Positions 63,200-64,000 of a DNA stretch of 64,000 nt are shown here, in pieces. Below the pieces are notes generated by a model. That model ran no database searches and had not been told where the DNA came from. It saw nothing but the letters and a program-made list of their open reading frames with translations. Positions within the stretch are counted from its first letter, which is position 1, and every line of letters starts with the position of its first letter. The translations under genes were made by a program, and so were the position numbers. The stretch covers positions 5,100,408 through 5,164,407 of the forward strand of contig CAJFCJ010000006.1 in NCBI GenBank assembly GCA_904063045.1. The letters are read 5' to 3'. This DNA is from Dimorphilus gyrociliatus. Its lineage: Eukaryota; Animalia; Annelida.

Positions 63200-64000
63200 T
63201 AAAAAGGTCATGAGAAGACGTGAATTACTTAGCTATCCCCCTTTTACAGACTCTAGGTTTCAATACGCACATACTTGTTAATTGTATATATAGTATAATT
63301 ATTTCTTGATCTATATATAGCTTGTTGATATGTTTGTTTATTTGCTTGCAAGTTTGCTTGTTTATCCGTAAGATTAATTAAGGCTATTGTATTTCAAAGA
63401 AACGGTATACAAAAGATGTCGATAATTATTGAAAAAATATATTGAGTGCTGAAGATAATAGGAAGAGGAAGTCGTGAGAGATCTTTTACATGTCCCCTTA
63501 AGGTGAGAAGTGTACTAGAGAACAACACATTTTCCTACTAGGGAAAAAAAACCAAATTTCCTTATTCTGTATTCTATCTTTAGACGCAATCTTACAGATA
63601 AAGAAACTGGGAGGAATCAGATCATCCCTCGTATTCGTTCGTTATTCCCCTATTACCGTTCCTTTTTTCATTATCTTCAACACTTTTTTAAAACATTAGA
63701 ATGAGAATGAACGAAAGTGAAAGAGAAAGATGAGTTTTTCATTGGAAAGAGACGATAGTATCAAATTATCTTTAATATTTAAATAGAATTGGTAGCAGTT
63801 TTTTTCTTGAATCATTTCCCTACTGACTTTTTTTTCCAAAATTTCCTCAACCTATAAATGAGATGAGGCGGCGAGAATAGATAAGGTTTTATTAGAAGAA
63901 GGGGGACACCCTCTGTCCAATCATACACTCGATTACCAATAGTATAAACGAATCAGAAGAGGAGCAGAATCCGATTATCTTAAAGAGATTTCTCGAACTA

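Noticed and set aside
58051-63281. Short track ORFs in and around the furin-like introns (58051, 59085, 59860, 63090)
   Set aside because: Low-complexity or microsatellite-derived, mostly non-ATG starts, no domain signal.
1-64000. U12-type (AT-AC or RTATCCTT) introns, selenocysteine read-through, tRNA/rRNA, CRISPR or prokaryotic defence systems
   Set aside because: None recognised among the junctions and regions I read. Not every intron was checked, so absence is not proven.

Overview
Eukaryotic, AT-rich animal genomic DNA with dense genes and mostly very short (about 50-80 nt) GT-AG introns. The gene repertoire suggests a compact-genome spiralian, for example a miniature annelid such as Dimorphilus. 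That assignment is inference, not verified. About 18 gene models were assembled by hand-splicing, in order: Tc1/mariner transposase N-terminal fragment (-); secreted multi-F-type-lectin-like protein (+); orphan single-exon prepro-protein (-); large GRL101/RXFP-like LGR with SRCR-like, C-type lectin, 6 LDLa, LRR and 7TM domains plus an apparent pseudokinase tail (-); intronless peptide-type class A GPCR (+); tau-tubulin/CK1-family kinase (-); two tandem GPI-anchored EB-module genes (+); Tlx homeobox gene in a gene-poor regulatory block (+); secreted CCP/EGF/antistasin/chitin-binding mosaic protein (-); a tight cluster of ASNA1/GET3, calmodulin-like, FAM136A, SPATA17, FITM and ACTR2; latrophilin-like adhesion GPCR with about 4 lectin-like repeats (-); secreted DPP4-like peptidase (+); and the first three exons of a furin-like convertase with unusually long introns (+, runs off the window). 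No tRNA, rRNA, CRISPR or prokaryotic system was recognised. The most unusual items are the GPCR-pseudokinase fusion with an immune-like ectodomain, the CCP-EGF-antistasin-CBM14 protein, the orphan prepro-protein, and a structured long intron in ACTR2. Exon boundaries are manual predictions.
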